Shown here one piece after another: positions 51,975-62,149 of a stretch of DNA of 64,000 nt. The translations under genes were made by a program, and so were the position numbers. The DNA is taken from positions 192,001 to 256,000 of the forward strand of contig CBDCCS010000010.1 of assembly GCA_965214935.1 (NCBI GenBank), given 5' to 3'. The DNA is from Candidatus Velthaea sp. Its GTDB lineage: Bacteria; Vulcanimicrobiota; Vulcanimicrobiia; Vulcanimicrobiales; Vulcanimicrobiaceae. Position 1 is the stretch's first letter, and each line of letters opens with the position of its first letter. The notes under the pieces were generated by a model. It saw only the letters and a list, made by a program, of their open reading frames with translations, made no database searches and was not told the origin of the DNA.

Positions 51975-52651
51975 GCGACGCGGTCGTCGCATTGCGCGAC
52001 GTCGTTAAAATTCACGCCGGCGGAACCGCGACGCAGGTGCGTGCGCTAGCCGGCGTTTCGTTTGATATCGAGCGTGGTGCGCACGTGGCGATCGTTGGTG
52101 AAAGCGGCAGCGGCAAAACCACGCTCATGCATATCCTCGGTGCGCTCGACCGGCCCACGAGCGGCAGCGTCGTCATCGACGGCGTCGACATCACGCACGC
52201 CGGTCGCACAACGCTCAAGCTGCTGCGCGCGACGAGAATCGGTTTCGTCTTTCAAGGCTTCAATCTGATCGCGTCGCTCGACGCGCTCGAGAACGTCATG
52301 CTGCCGGCGCGTTATGCCGGAGTTTCGCCGCTGCATGCGCGGCAACGCGCGCGCCGATTACTTGCCGACGTCGGCTTGGCCGACCGCATGCAGCATCGGC
52401 CGGCGCAGCTTTCGGGCGGACAGCAACAGCGAGTCGCGATCGCGCGCGCGCTCGTCAACGAACCGGCGCTCATTCTCGCCGACGAACCGACGGGCGAACT
52501 GGACCGGCGCACGAGCGAGACGGTGCTGAGCTTACTCGAACGCGTCAACACGAGCGCCGGCCATACGCTCGTCGTCGTTACGCACAGCGAGTCGGTCTGG
52601 CAGCGCGCACAACGCGTCATTCGCATTGCCGACGGTGCACTTGTCGCGTAG
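51971..52651 (+). CDS. ABC transporter ATP-binding protein (LolD/MacB-type)
   Basis: GESGSGKT, LSGGQQQR, ADEPTG; probable CTG start at 51971. Confidence 0.92.
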   Translation: MSDAVVALRDVVKIHAGGTATQVRALAGVSFDIERGAHVAIVGESGSGKTTLMHILGALDRPTSGSVVIDGVDITHAGRTTLKLLRATRIGFVFQGFNLIASLDALENVMLPARYAGVSPLHARQRARRLLADVGLADRMQHRPAQLSGGQQQRVAIARALVNEPALILADEPTGELDRRTSETVLSLLERVNTSAGHTLVVVTHSESVWQRAQRVIRIADGALVA

Positions 52652-53381
52652 GCGCCGCGCGACGGTAACGCTGGCGGCGTCGGCCGTCATTGCCGCCGCG
52701 CTTGGGGCGTGCACCGCCGCGCGGCACAGCGTATCGGCAGCAGCGCCGGTGGCTCCGGCGGTGCAACTTGCCGTTCTGGGCGACAGCTTGGCGTTCGGCA
52801 CCGGGGCCGGCGATTCGTCGGGCGGGTTTGCCTTTCGCATCTACCGGTCGCTCGCGCTCGCGCGGCCGGGCAGTGAGATCACGAACACCGCGATCGGCGG
52901 CAGTACGGCCGCCGATGTGCTGCGACTGCAAACCGGCCGTCTGCACGAGCGGCGCTTCGATTTGGTGCTGCTGTGCGTGGGCGGGAACGACGTCGTTCGC
53001 GGCACGCCGACGGCAGTGTTCGCACGGGAGTATCGCGGCTTATTGAGTGTCATTCGGCGCACGGCGCCGGCCGCGGCACTCGTCGCCGTCGGCGTTCCCG
53101 ACGTCTCGATCAGTCCGTTATTTGCCGACCATGCTGTCGCCGTCCGCCGCCTCGCGCAGGCCGATGATGAGGCGGCGCGGACCGCCGCGAATGCGGCCGG
53201 TGCCGCTTACGTCGATTTGTTCAACTTCACGCGACGCGTTCGCGACCCGGCCGTCTTTCTTTCGGCCGACCGGTTCCATCCTTCGGATAGCGGACACGCG
53301 CAAATCGCCGCGCAAGCGCTGCCCGTCGTCGAAGCAGAGCTTGCGCGCCGCATGCCGGTAACGCTACGCAAACCGGGTTGA
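52641..53381 (+). CDS. SGNH/GDSL hydrolase lipoprotein
   Basis: lipobox LGAC, GDSL, GGND, DRFHP. Confidence 0.88.
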   Translation: MSRRRRATVTLAASAVIAAALGACTAARHSVSAAAPVAPAVQLAVLGDSLAFGTGAGDSSGGFAFRIYRSLALARPGSEITNTAIGGSTAADVLRLQTGRLHERRFDLVLLCVGGNDVVRGTPTAVFAREYRGLLSVIRRTAPAAALVAVGVPDVSISPLFADHAVAVRRLAQADDEAARTAANAAGAAYVDLFNFTRRVRDPAVFLSADRFHPSDSGHAQIAAQALPVVEAELARRMPVTLRKPG

Positions 53382-53456
53382 CGGCGTGCCGCGTGCGGGC
53401 GTTAGCATTGTGCAACGACGGGTTCACTTTGCGCGACGCGATCCGATAATGCAAGC

Positions 53457-53771
53457 ATGAAAGATCGCTCGTTCGCCGACTTTATGGTCGGCGCGCTGGC
53501 CTGCATATCGCTGCTCGGATTTTATGCCGTTTTGCGCGATGCGGATGCCGCTTACACCGAACGCCGGCGCATCGCGGCCGCCCGCTGGGCGTTACCACGT
53601 AAACGCCGTCGGCGCCGGACGCCCGAAGATCTGTGCCGGCACTGCGGCGGCAGCGGCGCGTGCGATGCCTGCGGCGACCAAGCGTGCCGCATCTGCCGCG
53701 GTAACGGGTTACAGCCGCGCGACGAGGCGCTCGTGACGCGGCTGAGCCTCATGTGGGACGGCGTGAGCTAG
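53457..53771 (+). CDS. small membrane protein with DnaJ-type zinc finger
   Basis: N-terminal TM, basic patch, CRHCGGSG-ACDAC-ACRICRGNG. Confidence 0.65.
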   Translation: MKDRSFADFMVGALACISLLGFYAVLRDADAAYTERRRIAAARWALPRKRRRRRTPEDLCRHCGGSGACDACGDQACRICRGNGLQPRDEALVTRLSLMWDGVS

Positions 53772-53813
53772 CCCGACAAAGTTTTCGTCCCGGCCGGCCG
53801 CGAAGAGCGGCCG

Positions 53814-54695
53814 ATGATGCTTGCATCCTCCCCGTCGGTCGATGCCGTGATGCTCGAAGCGCGTGCGGCCGGTTTTGCGAAACGTTCGTTGAAAAACGAA
53901 GCGAAACGTGAAGCGATCGATCTGGCAATTCGCTGCATCGACTTAACGGCACTCGAAGGTCGCGATACACCCGGGCGCATCCGCTCGCTGTGCGCCAAAG
54001 CCGCTGCGCCGGCACCCGGTGCTCCGCAGGTCGCCGCCGTTTGCGTGTATCCCAATTTCGTCGCCGTCGCCAAGGCGGCGCTGGCCGGAACGGGCGTGCT
54101 GACGGCCTCGGTCGCAACGGCCTTTCCCAGCGGATTGTCGTCGCTCGACGTGAAGCTGCGCGACACCGAATACGCCTTGAGAGCCGGCGCCGACGAAATC
54201 GACATGGTCATCGATCGCGGTGCATTTCTTGCCGGCGACGAGCGGCGCGTGTTCGATGAGATCGCCGCGGTCAAAGCCGTGTGCGGCGACGTGCATCTCA
54301 AAGTCATTCTCGAAACCGGCGAATTAGGTTCGTACGGCGCAACGCGCCGAGCCGGTGACCTCGCGCTCGAGGCCGGCGCCGACGTTATTAAAACCTCGAC
54401 CGGAAAAATCGGCACCTCGGCAACATTGGCGACGGCGCTGGCGATGTCCGAGTCGCTACGCGCCTATTTCACTCGCACCGGACGGCGGCGCGGGCTCAAG
54501 ATCGCCGGCGGTGTGCGCACGACCAAGGCGGTCTTACCGTACTTGGTTTTAATCGACGAAGTGCTCGGCGGCGCGTGGCTCGATCCGGCGCTGTTTCGCG
54601 TCGGCGCTTCGGCACTGCTCGACGATCTGCTTTTGCAGCGCGCGAAGATGGGCAGCGGCCGCTACGGTTCGTTCGACTATATTGCAAAGGACTGA
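53814..54695 (+). CDS. deoC: deoxyribose-phosphate aldolase
   Basis: IDLTAL, AAVCVYP, GADEIDMV, LKVILETGEL, IKTSTGK. Confidence 0.95.
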   Translation: MMLASSPSVDAVMLEARAAGFAKRSLKNEAKREAIDLAIRCIDLTALEGRDTPGRIRSLCAKAAAPAPGAPQVAAVCVYPNFVAVAKAALAGTGVLTASVATAFPSGLSSLDVKLRDTEYALRAGADEIDMVIDRGAFLAGDERRVFDEIAAVKAVCGDVHLKVILETGELGSYGATRRAGDLALEAGADVIKTSTGKIGTSATLATALAMSESLRAYFTRTGRRRGLKIAGGVRTTKAVLPYLVLIDEVLGGAWLDPALFRVGASALLDDLLLQRAKMGSGRYGSFDYIAKD

Positions 54696-54696
54696 G

Positions 54697-56217
54697 ATGG
54701 CGAATTCACTTTCCGATGCAGCAGTAAATCTATCCGGTTTGCGGCTTGCCTCGCGTCTTCGCTACGCGCCGGCGCTCGAATCGACACCGGTTCGCATCGA
54801 CGAAAGCTACGGGCACTTCATCGGCGGCGAGTGGCAGGCATCGGCGGACGGCGGGATGTTTGCGACGATCGATCCATCGTCCGAAGAACCGCTGGCGCAG
54901 ATCGCCCAGGGATCGGCGGCGGATGTGGACCGCGCGGTTCGCGCTGCCCGCGCGGCCTACGAGCGCTATTGGCGCCCGCTGCGCCCCGCCGACCGCGCCA
55001 AGTATATCTATCGCATCGCTCGCGCGATCACCGAGCGGTCGCGCGAACTCGCCGTCGTCGAGACCATGGACGGCGGCAAGCCGATTAAAGAGTCCCGTGA
55101 TTTCGACATCCCGCAAGCCGCCGCGCACTTCTTTTATTATGCGGGTTGGGCGGATAAACTCGCCTGGGCATTACGCGCCGGCCGGCAACCCGAACCGCTC
55201 GGTGTCGTCGGCGCGATCGTTCCGTGGAATTTCCCGTTGCTCATGGCCGCCTGGAAAATCGCGCCGGCGATCGCTTGCGGGAATACAATCGTCCTCAAAC
55301 CCGCCGAAACGACGCCTCTGACGGCACTGCTGCTGGCGCAAATTTGCCAGGCCGCTGACTTGCCGCCCGGCGTCGTCAACGTCGTTACCGGCAACGGCAC
55401 GACCGGTGCGGCGCTGGCGTCGCATCCGGGCATCGACAAAGTTGCTTTTACCGGTTCGACTGCGGTCGGCAAAACGCTGCGACGCAAGTTGGCCGGAACG
55501 GCGAAGCGCTTAACGCTCGAACTCGGCGGTAAATCGGCAAATATCGTACTGGCCGATGCGCCGCTGGATCAAGCCATCGAAGGCGTCGTCAACGGCATCT
55601 ATTTTAACCAGGGTCATGTGTGCTGCGCCGGTTCGCGCTTGTTTGTCGCCGAAAGCATTCATGACGAAGTCGTCGCGCGCTTACGCCAGCGAATCGAAAC
55701 GCTCAAAGTCGGCCCTCCGCTCGATAAAAATACCGACATCGGCGCGATCAACTCGGCCGCGCAGCTGGCAAAGATCGAGGCGCTGGTGCAGAGCGGGATC
55801 GACGAAGGTGCCGAGCTGGTCACCCAGTCTTGCGCGTTGCCCGCACGCGGCTATTACCATCGCGCGTCGTTTTTCACCGGCGTTTATGCCGCACAGCAGA
55901 TTGCGACCGAAGAGATCTTCGGGCCGGTGCTCGCAATTTCGACGTTCCGCACCGCCGACGAAGCGATCGAACGCGCGAACAACACGCGTTACGGCCTGGC
56001 GGCCGGCGTGTGGACCGATTCCGCTGCGCAAAGCGCGTACGTCGCCGCGCGTCTGCGGGCCGGCGTCGTCTGGTGCTCGACGTTCAATCAATTCGATCCG
56101 GCTGCAGCATTCGGCGGCTACCGTGAAAGCGGATTTGGTCGTGAAGGCGGCGTCGCAGGACTCGAACCGTATTTGACTTCGCAACCGCCCCAAAGCCAGG
56201 GGTCGTCTAAGACGTAA
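54697..56217 (+). CDS. aldehyde dehydrogenase
   Basis: PWNFP, FTGST, ELGGKS, VCCAG, EEIFGP. Confidence 0.95.
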   Translation: MANSLSDAAVNLSGLRLASRLRYAPALESTPVRIDESYGHFIGGEWQASADGGMFATIDPSSEEPLAQIAQGSAADVDRAVRAARAAYERYWRPLRPADRAKYIYRIARAITERSRELAVVETMDGGKPIKESRDFDIPQAAAHFFYYAGWADKLAWALRAGRQPEPLGVVGAIVPWNFPLLMAAWKIAPAIACGNTIVLKPAETTPLTALLLAQICQAADLPPGVVNVVTGNGTTGAALASHPGIDKVAFTGSTAVGKTLRRKLAGTAKRLTLELGGKSANIVLADAPLDQAIEGVVNGIYFNQGHVCCAGSRLFVAESIHDEVVARLRQRIETLKVGPPLDKNTDIGAINSAAQLAKIEALVQSGIDEGAELVTQSCALPARGYYHRASFFTGVYAAQQIATEEIFGPVLAISTFRTADEAIERANNTRYGLAAGVWTDSAAQSAYVAARLRAGVVWCSTFNQFDPAAAFGGYRESGFGREGGVAGLEPYLTSQPPQSQGSSKT

Positions 56218-56268
56218 GGCGACCGGGCGGCCTGATTCGCTAGGGACCTACACGGGGGAAAACGCAAC

Positions 56269-57537
56269 GTGCAGATGCTCGAACAAGTGCAACTCGATCG
56301 GCCGGGATTGGCGACCTGGTACCGGGCGAACCGCCGGCGTTCGGCTCGGTTGTTTGCCGCCATCGATCCCGCCGTGTTTTACGACGCGCCGATCCCCTTA
56401 CGCCATCCGTTCGTTTTCTACGCGGGCCATTTCCCGGCGTTTTCGTTTATCACGCTGTTGCGCAACGCGCTTGGTGAAGCGTCGATCGACCGCCGGCTCG
56501 AAGATCTCTTCAACCGCGGGATCGATCCGGATTCGCTTGAAGCGGCACGCAATCATCAGCGTGCCGATTGGCCGGCGCGCGACGCTGTCGCCGCCTTTGC
56601 CGCTGCCTGCGACCAGCGCGTCCTTGCCGCCTACGAACACGCTCGGCTAGACCATCCGGCGAATCCTCAATTAGACCGTGCGCAAGCGGCGTTTACGATT
56701 CTTGAACACGAAGAGATGCATCACGAGACACTGCTTTATATCGTTCACCGGTTGCCGCCCGCTGCAAAACACTTTGCCGCCGGTGCGCATCGCGATGTGG
56801 CGGCGCGTAAACGCGAGCCGGTAGCCATCCCGGCCGGGACGGCAACCCTCGGCGTGGCCCGCGATGCGGTGCCGTTCGCCTGGGACAACGAGTTCGGCGA
56901 ACATACCGTCGAGGTTCCGGCCTTCGGCTGCGATATCGATAATGTTACCAACGGCGAGTATCTCGCGTTCGTGCAAGCCGGCGGGCCGCCGCCGCCGTTT
57001 TGGCTGGCGGACGGTGCCGGTTGGAATCTCCGGACGCTCGACGATGTCATTCCGCTACCGCTTTCGTGGCCGGTTTACTGTACCAACGCGCAAGCGGCAG
57101 CGTATACACGCTGGTGCGGCGCGCGACTTCTGACCGAGCCCGAGTACCATCGTGCCGCATACGGCACGCCCGGCGGCGATGAACGCCGGCAGCCATGGGG
57201 CGGCGCAGCCGCCGATCCGGCGTACGGAAATTTCGATTTCAAGCGTTTTGATCCCGAACCGGTCGGCTCGTATCCGGACGGCGCGAGCGCCTGGGGCATC
57301 AACGATTTGATCGGAAACGGGTGGGAATGGACGTCGACAGCGTTCGCGCCGTTCGCGGGCTTTGCGCCGATGGCATCGTATCCGCCGTATTCCGCCGACT
57401 TTTTCGACGGCGAACATTACGTGATAAAAGGCGCTTCGCCGGTGACGTCGCGCAATCTCGTTCGGCGCAGTTTTCGCAATTGGTACCGGCGCGACTATCC
57501 GTACATGTATGCGACGTTTCGCTGCGCCTGGAATTAG
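56269..57537 (+). CDS. egtB: EgtB-type non-heme iron sulfoxide synthase (DinB_2 + FGE-sulfatase domains)
   Basis: PLRHPFVFYAGH, HEEMHHE (HxxxHxE), GNGWEWT, YPPYSADFFDG, RRSFRNW. Confidence 0.8.
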   Translation: MQMLEQVQLDRPGLATWYRANRRRSARLFAAIDPAVFYDAPIPLRHPFVFYAGHFPAFSFITLLRNALGEASIDRRLEDLFNRGIDPDSLEAARNHQRADWPARDAVAAFAAACDQRVLAAYEHARLDHPANPQLDRAQAAFTILEHEEMHHETLLYIVHRLPPAAKHFAAGAHRDVAARKREPVAIPAGTATLGVARDAVPFAWDNEFGEHTVEVPAFGCDIDNVTNGEYLAFVQAGGPPPPFWLADGAGWNLRTLDDVIPLPLSWPVYCTNAQAAAYTRWCGARLLTEPEYHRAAYGTPGGDERRQPWGGAAADPAYGNFDFKRFDPEPVGSYPDGASAWGINDLIGNGWEWTSTAFAPFAGFAPMASYPPYSADFFDGEHYVIKGASPVTSRNLVRRSFRNWYRRDYPYMYATFRCAWN

Positions 57538-57539
57538 CG

Positions 57540-58229
57540 CTAGGCGAGGCCGAGCAAATTTGCGCGCACCCGTACGATGTGTTCGCGCATCGTGCGGTGC
57601 GCTTCTTCGGTGTCGCGCTGAGCTAAGGCTTCCACGATGTGCCGGTGATCGGCCTGATAATCGAGCCGGCGCGCTGGAGTGAAGCTGCGCTGTTTGAGAC
57701 TGCCCCACAACGGTTCGTCACGCACGGCATGCACGACGTGAAAGATGCGCAGTAAAAATTCGTTGTGGGTCGCAACCGCGATCGTTTGATGCAGGCTGCC
57801 GTCCCAGCGCTCGAATTCTTCGGTGGTAACGGCCGATTCGGCCGCGGCGAGACAGTGCTGCATGCGCTCGAGTTCGGTACTCGTCGCGCAACGTGCGGCA
57901 AGCGCGGCAATTTGCGGCTCGAGCATCAACCGGACGTCCATGATCTCCGCGGGACTCGTTGCGCGCGCTATCGGCGTGACGCTTTCAGCGGCGTTGACGA
58001 ACGTGCCGCGCCCGACATGCCGGGTAATCCGGCCCTGCGCTTCAAGTACGGCAAGTCCGCGCCGCACGGCCGTCCGTGACACCGCTAAACCGGCAGCTAA
58101 ATCGCGTTCGGCCGGCAAGCGCGTCCCGGAACGATAGCGACCGGTTGCGATACCGTCGGCGATGAGCGCAACGATACGCGCTTCGTCGGCCGCCGGATGA
58201 TCGCCGGTGCCCGCAATGTGCCAAGCCAA
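57540..58229 (-). CDS. GntR/FadR family transcriptional regulator
   Basis: LPAERDLA, VSRTAVR, GRGTFV, FCD domain; probable TTG start near 58229. Confidence 0.92.
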   Translation of the reverse strand: MAWHIAGTGDHPAADEARIVALIADGIATGRYRSGTRLPAERDLAAGLAVSRTAVRRGLAVLEAQGRITRHVGRGTFVNAAESVTPIARATSPAEIMDVRLMLEPQIAALAARCATSTELERMQHCLAAAESAVTTEEFERWDGSLHQTIAVATHNEFLLRIFHVVHAVRDEPLWGSLKQRSFTPARRLDYQADHRHIVEALAQRDTEEAHRTMREHIVRVRANLLGLA

Positions 58230-58355
58230 TGTGAACCAATTATAGCGATTTACAGGGTGCTGTCGAGCGTTTGTTTCCGGAAGAAACTTCTCTTGACTTA
58301 CATTTCTTGCAGAAGTATGCTCGACCTGGCGCGTATTGGTACCTATTGGTTCACA
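58230..58355. promoter_or_regulatory. divergent promoters with paired ATTGGTTCACA operator candidates
   Basis: + strand TTGACT(58293-58298)-17 nt-TATGCT(58316-58321); - strand TATAAT at 58239-58244; ATTGGTTCACA at 58345-58355 (+) and 58230-58240 (-). Confidence 0.7.
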
Positions 58356-58485
58356 AAGGTTCGATGTAAGTCGGCGTTTCCGGCGTCGCAGCGAGGCCGG
58401 CCGGCAGCGGCGCGCCGCTGCTGAATCGGACGGCGTACATGCGATCGGCTTCCATTGACCGGCTTCCATGCATTCGGAGAACAGC

Positions 58486-59289
58486 GTGCAAGATTCTCGC
58501 GCGAACGGTCTGCGACTTTCATATCGGCTCGACGGCGCTGCCGGTGCGCCGCTCGTCCTCATTCACGGTTTGGGCGGAAGCGCCGAAGCGACGTATGCAG
58601 CCGTAACGGAGCGCTTGACCGGTTTTCGTGTGCTGACGTTCGACAATCGCGGTGTCGGCGGCAGCGATAAACCCGATGGGCGTTACATGTTGAGCGACTT
58701 CGCTCGCGATACACGCGAACTTATGCGCAGTGTCGGCTGGGAGCAAGCGCATATCGTCGGGCATTCGCTGGGCGGAATGATCGCGCAGCAATTTGCCGTC
58801 GACTTTCCCGAAGCCGCGCTGTCGCTGGTGCTCGCAGATTGTCCGGGCACGCTCAACGCTGCCGGCCGCGCCGGTTTCGAGCAACGTGCGGCGACCGTTG
58901 AAGCCGGCGGCACGGCGGCAATCGTCGACGGCGTTCTTAAAAACGGCATCGGCAGCCAAGCCAAAGAGCGCTATCCTGAACTCGTCGAACGCTTCCGCCA
59001 GTCGCTTCTCGCATCGCCGCCAAAGCCGTATGCCGCAAGCTGCCGTGCCGCAAGCGCACTCGATCTGCTCGATTCCGCAGCGGCGTTTGCCAAACCCGTG
59101 TTGGTGCTGCGCGGCGATCAGGACGGCGGCGTTGCGCGCGAAGCCGCCGAAGCGCTCGCAGCAGCCTTTGGCGACGGCCGCTACCATGAAATTCAAGACA
59201 GCGGACACAACGCGCCGTTTGAGAACGCGCCCGTCTTCGCCGAACTGATTTCGGCATTCGTGAGCGACCATGCCGGCGCCGCCCGCTGA
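58486..59289 (+). CDS. alpha/beta hydrolase (PcaD enol-lactonase-like)
   Basis: IHGLG, FDNRGVG, GHSLGG, GDQD, SGH; GGAG RBS before GTG at 58486. Confidence 0.88.
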   Translation: MQDSRANGLRLSYRLDGAAGAPLVLIHGLGGSAEATYAAVTERLTGFRVLTFDNRGVGGSDKPDGRYMLSDFARDTRELMRSVGWEQAHIVGHSLGGMIAQQFAVDFPEAALSLVLADCPGTLNAAGRAGFEQRAATVEAGGTAAIVDGVLKNGIGSQAKERYPELVERFRQSLLASPPKPYAASCRAASALDLLDSAAAFAKPVLVLRGDQDGGVAREAAEALAAAFGDGRYHEIQDSGHNAPFENAPVFAELISAFVSDHAGAAR

Positions 59290-60074
59290 TGGACAACTCG
59301 ACGACGGTTGCGACCGCCAAAATCGTCCGCGTGCAAATCGGCGACGTCGCGCGCCATGCGTTGCTCGAAGACGCGACACTCTACGAACTGCAGGGCGACC
59401 TGTATTCAACGTTCGAACGCGGTCCCGCTCTCGGCGATTTGCGCGATGCGCGACTGTTGGCCCCCGTCGTCCCCGGTAAGGTTATTCTCACGGGTTATAA
59501 CTATGCCGGTCACGCGCAAGAACTCAGCAAACAGCAGCCCCAAGATCCGCTGATTTTTCTTAAAGCACCAAGCGCGATCGTCTCCGACGGCGCCGATGTC
59601 ATTTATCCGCGCGACGCTCAAAACGTGAGCTACGAAGGTGAACTCGTCGTCGTCATCGGCCGGCGATGCCGGCGGATCGGTGCGCGGGAAGCTGCGCACT
59701 ACATCCTCGGCTATACATGCGGCAACGATATCACCGATCGTGATTTGCAAAAACGCGACGTGCAATACGCACGGGCAAAGTCGTTCGATACCTTCGGACC
59801 GCTCGGACCGTGTATCGCAACGGGGATCGATGCCGACAACCTGCATATCGAGTCCCGGCTCAACGGCGAAGTGCGCCAGAATAGTACGACGAGTCTGCTC
59901 ATTCATTCACCCGCTAAACTGGTGAGCTGGGCTTCGCAGGTGATGACGCTCGAACCGGGCGACGTGTTATTCACCGGCACGCCCGTCGGCGTCGGTGCCA
60001 TCAAACCGGGCGACCTCATGGAAGTCGAGATTGAAGGCATCGGAGTGCTGCGCAATCGCGTCGTCGCCGAATAA
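59289..60074 (+). CDS. fumarylacetoacetate hydrolase family protein
   Basis: GYNYAGH, FLKAPS, YEGEL, NDIT, AKSFDTF, TGTP. Confidence 0.92.
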   Translation: MDNSTTVATAKIVRVQIGDVARHALLEDATLYELQGDLYSTFERGPALGDLRDARLLAPVVPGKVILTGYNYAGHAQELSKQQPQDPLIFLKAPSAIVSDGADVIYPRDAQNVSYEGELVVVIGRRCRRIGAREAAHYILGYTCGNDITDRDLQKRDVQYARAKSFDTFGPLGPCIATGIDADNLHIESRLNGEVRQNSTTSLLIHSPAKLVSWASQVMTLEPGDVLFTGTPVGVGAIKPGDLMEVEIEGIGVLRNRVVAE

Positions 60075-60080
60075 CGTCGC

Positions 60081-61316
60081 GTGCCAACCGTCGTTTTAGC
60101 CGGTACGCTCGATACCAAGGGCAATGAGTATGCGTACGTCCGCGAGCGGTTACGCGAGATTCATCGCGTCGATACGATCCTCGTCGACGTCGGTATTCTC
60201 GGCACTGCCGATCCGGCGGCGGATATTTCGCGGGATGAGGTAGCGCGGGCTGCGGGCACGACGACCGCGGCGCTTCGAACCGGCGGCGATCGCGGCACGG
60301 CGGTCGAAACGATGGCCGCCGGACTCGTTCAGATCGTTACCGGTCTGCACGCGCAAGGCCGGCTCGACGGCATGCTCGGACTCGGCGGATCGGGCGGATC
60401 CTCGCTAATCACGCGTGCGATGCGCGCGTTGCCCGTCGGCGTGCCGAAATTGATGGTCTCGACGGTCGCTGCGGGCGACACGCGGCCATACGTCGGTGCC
60501 AGCGACGTGACGATGATGTATTCAGTGGTTGATATTGCCGGTATCAATTCGGCTTCGGCACGCATTCTCGCCAACGCTGCGGCCGCAATTGCCGGCATGG
60601 CGACGGCACCGCGTCCCGTCGCCGGTGCTAAGAAGCCGCTCGTCGGCGCTACGATGTTCGGCTTGACGACGCCGTGCGTCACCACCGCCCGCGAACGGCT
60701 CGAAGAACTCGGTTACGAAGTGCTCGTTTTTCATGCGACCGGTACGGGTGGACAAGCGATGGAAGCGCTCGTCCGCAGCGGGTTCATCGATGCGGTGCTC
60801 GACGCTACGACGACGGAGCTGGCCGACGAACTTGGCGGCGGCGTCTTCTCCGCCGGGCCGAACCGGCTCGAGATCGCCGGGCAACTCGGGGTGCCGCAAG
60901 TGGTTTCGCTGGGCGCGCTCGATATGGTCAATTTCGGCGCGCCCGAGACCATCCCGGCGCGCTTCGACGGGCGGACGTTCCTCAAGCACAACGCGACCGT
61001 TACGCTCATGCGTACGACGCCCGCTGAAAACGCCGAGCTCGGCCGCACGATCGCGCGCAAACTCAGTGCAGCCAGCGGCCCGGTAACGCTCTTCATTCCG
61101 CTCGGCGGCGTATCGGGCATCGATCTTCCCGGCCGGCCGTTTTACGATCCCGCGGCCGACGCGGCACTCTTTGCTGCGCTGCGCGCAAATATCGGGGCGA
61201 ACGTCAACTTACGCGAGATCGACACCGATATCAACGATCCGGCCTTTGGTTTGGCGCTGGCCGAAGAAGTGCATGAATTGTATACCGCGCGCACGCTGCA
61301 AAGCGCCGCGCCGTGA
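60081..61316 (+). CDS. UPF0261 / Tm-1-like ATP-binding domain protein
   Basis: [49 protein letters not shown]. Confidence 0.9.
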   Translation: MPTVVLAGTLDTKGNEYAYVRERLREIHRVDTILVDVGILGTADPAADISRDEVARAAGTTTAALRTGGDRGTAVETMAAGLVQIVTGLHAQGRLDGMLGLGGSGGSSLITRAMRALPVGVPKLMVSTVAAGDTRPYVGASDVTMMYSVVDIAGINSASARILANAAAAIAGMATAPRPVAGAKKPLVGATMFGLTTPCVTTARERLEELGYEVLVFHATGTGGQAMEALVRSGFIDAVLDATTTELADELGGGVFSAGPNRLEIAGQLGVPQVVSLGALDMVNFGAPETIPARFDGRTFLKHNATVTLMRTTPAENAELGRTIARKLSAASGPVTLFIPLGGVSGIDLPGRPFYDPAADAALFAALRANIGANVNLREIDTDINDPAFGLALAEEVHELYTARTLQSAAP

Positions 61317-62149
61317 CGCGCGCCGACGCGCTCGCGCGCTTGCACGAGCAAATGAATGCCGGGCGGCCCATTATCGGCGCGGGTGCCGGCACCGGGCTGT
61401 CGGCAAAGTGTGCAGAAGCGGGCGGCGCCGATTTGATCATCATCTATAATTCGGGGCGCTATCGGATGGCCGGACGTGGATCGCTCGCGGGCATGCTGCC
61501 GTACGGCGATGCGAACGCGATCGTCGTCGAAATGGCCGCCGAGGTTCTGCCCGTCGCTCGAAACACGCCGGTACTCGCTGGTGTTTGCGGCACCGATCCA
61601 TTCCGGCTCATGCCGGTATTTCTCAAGCAGCTGCGCGAGATGGGTTTTACCGGCGTACAGAATTTTCCGACCGTCGGTTTATTCGACGGTACGTTTCGTC
61701 AGAATATCGAGGAAACCGGGATGGGATATGCGCTCGAAGTCGAGATGATCGCCGAAGCGCGGCGGCTCGATTTGCTTACGAGTCCGTACGTGTTCAACGT
61801 CGACGAGGCTCGCGCGATGGCGCAGGCCGGAGCGGACGTGCTCGTGGCACACATGGGCCTCACGACCAAAGGCACGATCGGGGCAACAACTGCCTTACCG
61901 CTCGAAGCGACGCCGGCTCGGATTCAAGCGATTCGCGACGCCGCTGTAGCGATCAAACCGGACGTTATCGTGCTGTGCCACGGCGGTCCGATCGCCGAGC
62001 CCGACGATGCGGCGTACGTGCTCGACCGCACGACGGGCATCGCCGGATTCTTCGGCGCGTCGAGTATGGAACGGCTGCCGGCCGAAACGGCTTTAACGCA
62101 AAATATGCGGCGCTTCAAAGCGATCGGCCGCAACGAGGTACGGGCATGA
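61313..62149 (+). CDS. TIM-barrel signal transduction / PEP-hydrolase family protein
   Basis: [45 protein letters not shown]. Confidence 0.9.
   Translation: MTRADALARLHEQMNAGRPIIGAGAGTGLSAKCAEAGGADLIIIYNSGRYRMAGRGSLAGMLPYGDANAIVVEMAAEVLPVARNTPVLAGVCGTDPFRLMPVFLKQLREMGFTGVQNFPTVGLFDGTFRQNIEETGMGYALEVEMIAEARRLDLLTSPYVFNVDEARAMAQAGADVLVAHMGLTTKGTIGATTALPLEATPARIQAIRDAAVAIKPDVIVLCHGGPIAEPDDAAYVLDRTTGIAGFFGASSMERLPAETALTQNMRRFKAIGRNEVRA

Noticed and set aside
53814..56217. deoC-aldehyde dehydrogenase coupling as a novelty
   Set aside because: A common, logical pairing for oxidising the acetaldehyde released by DeoC
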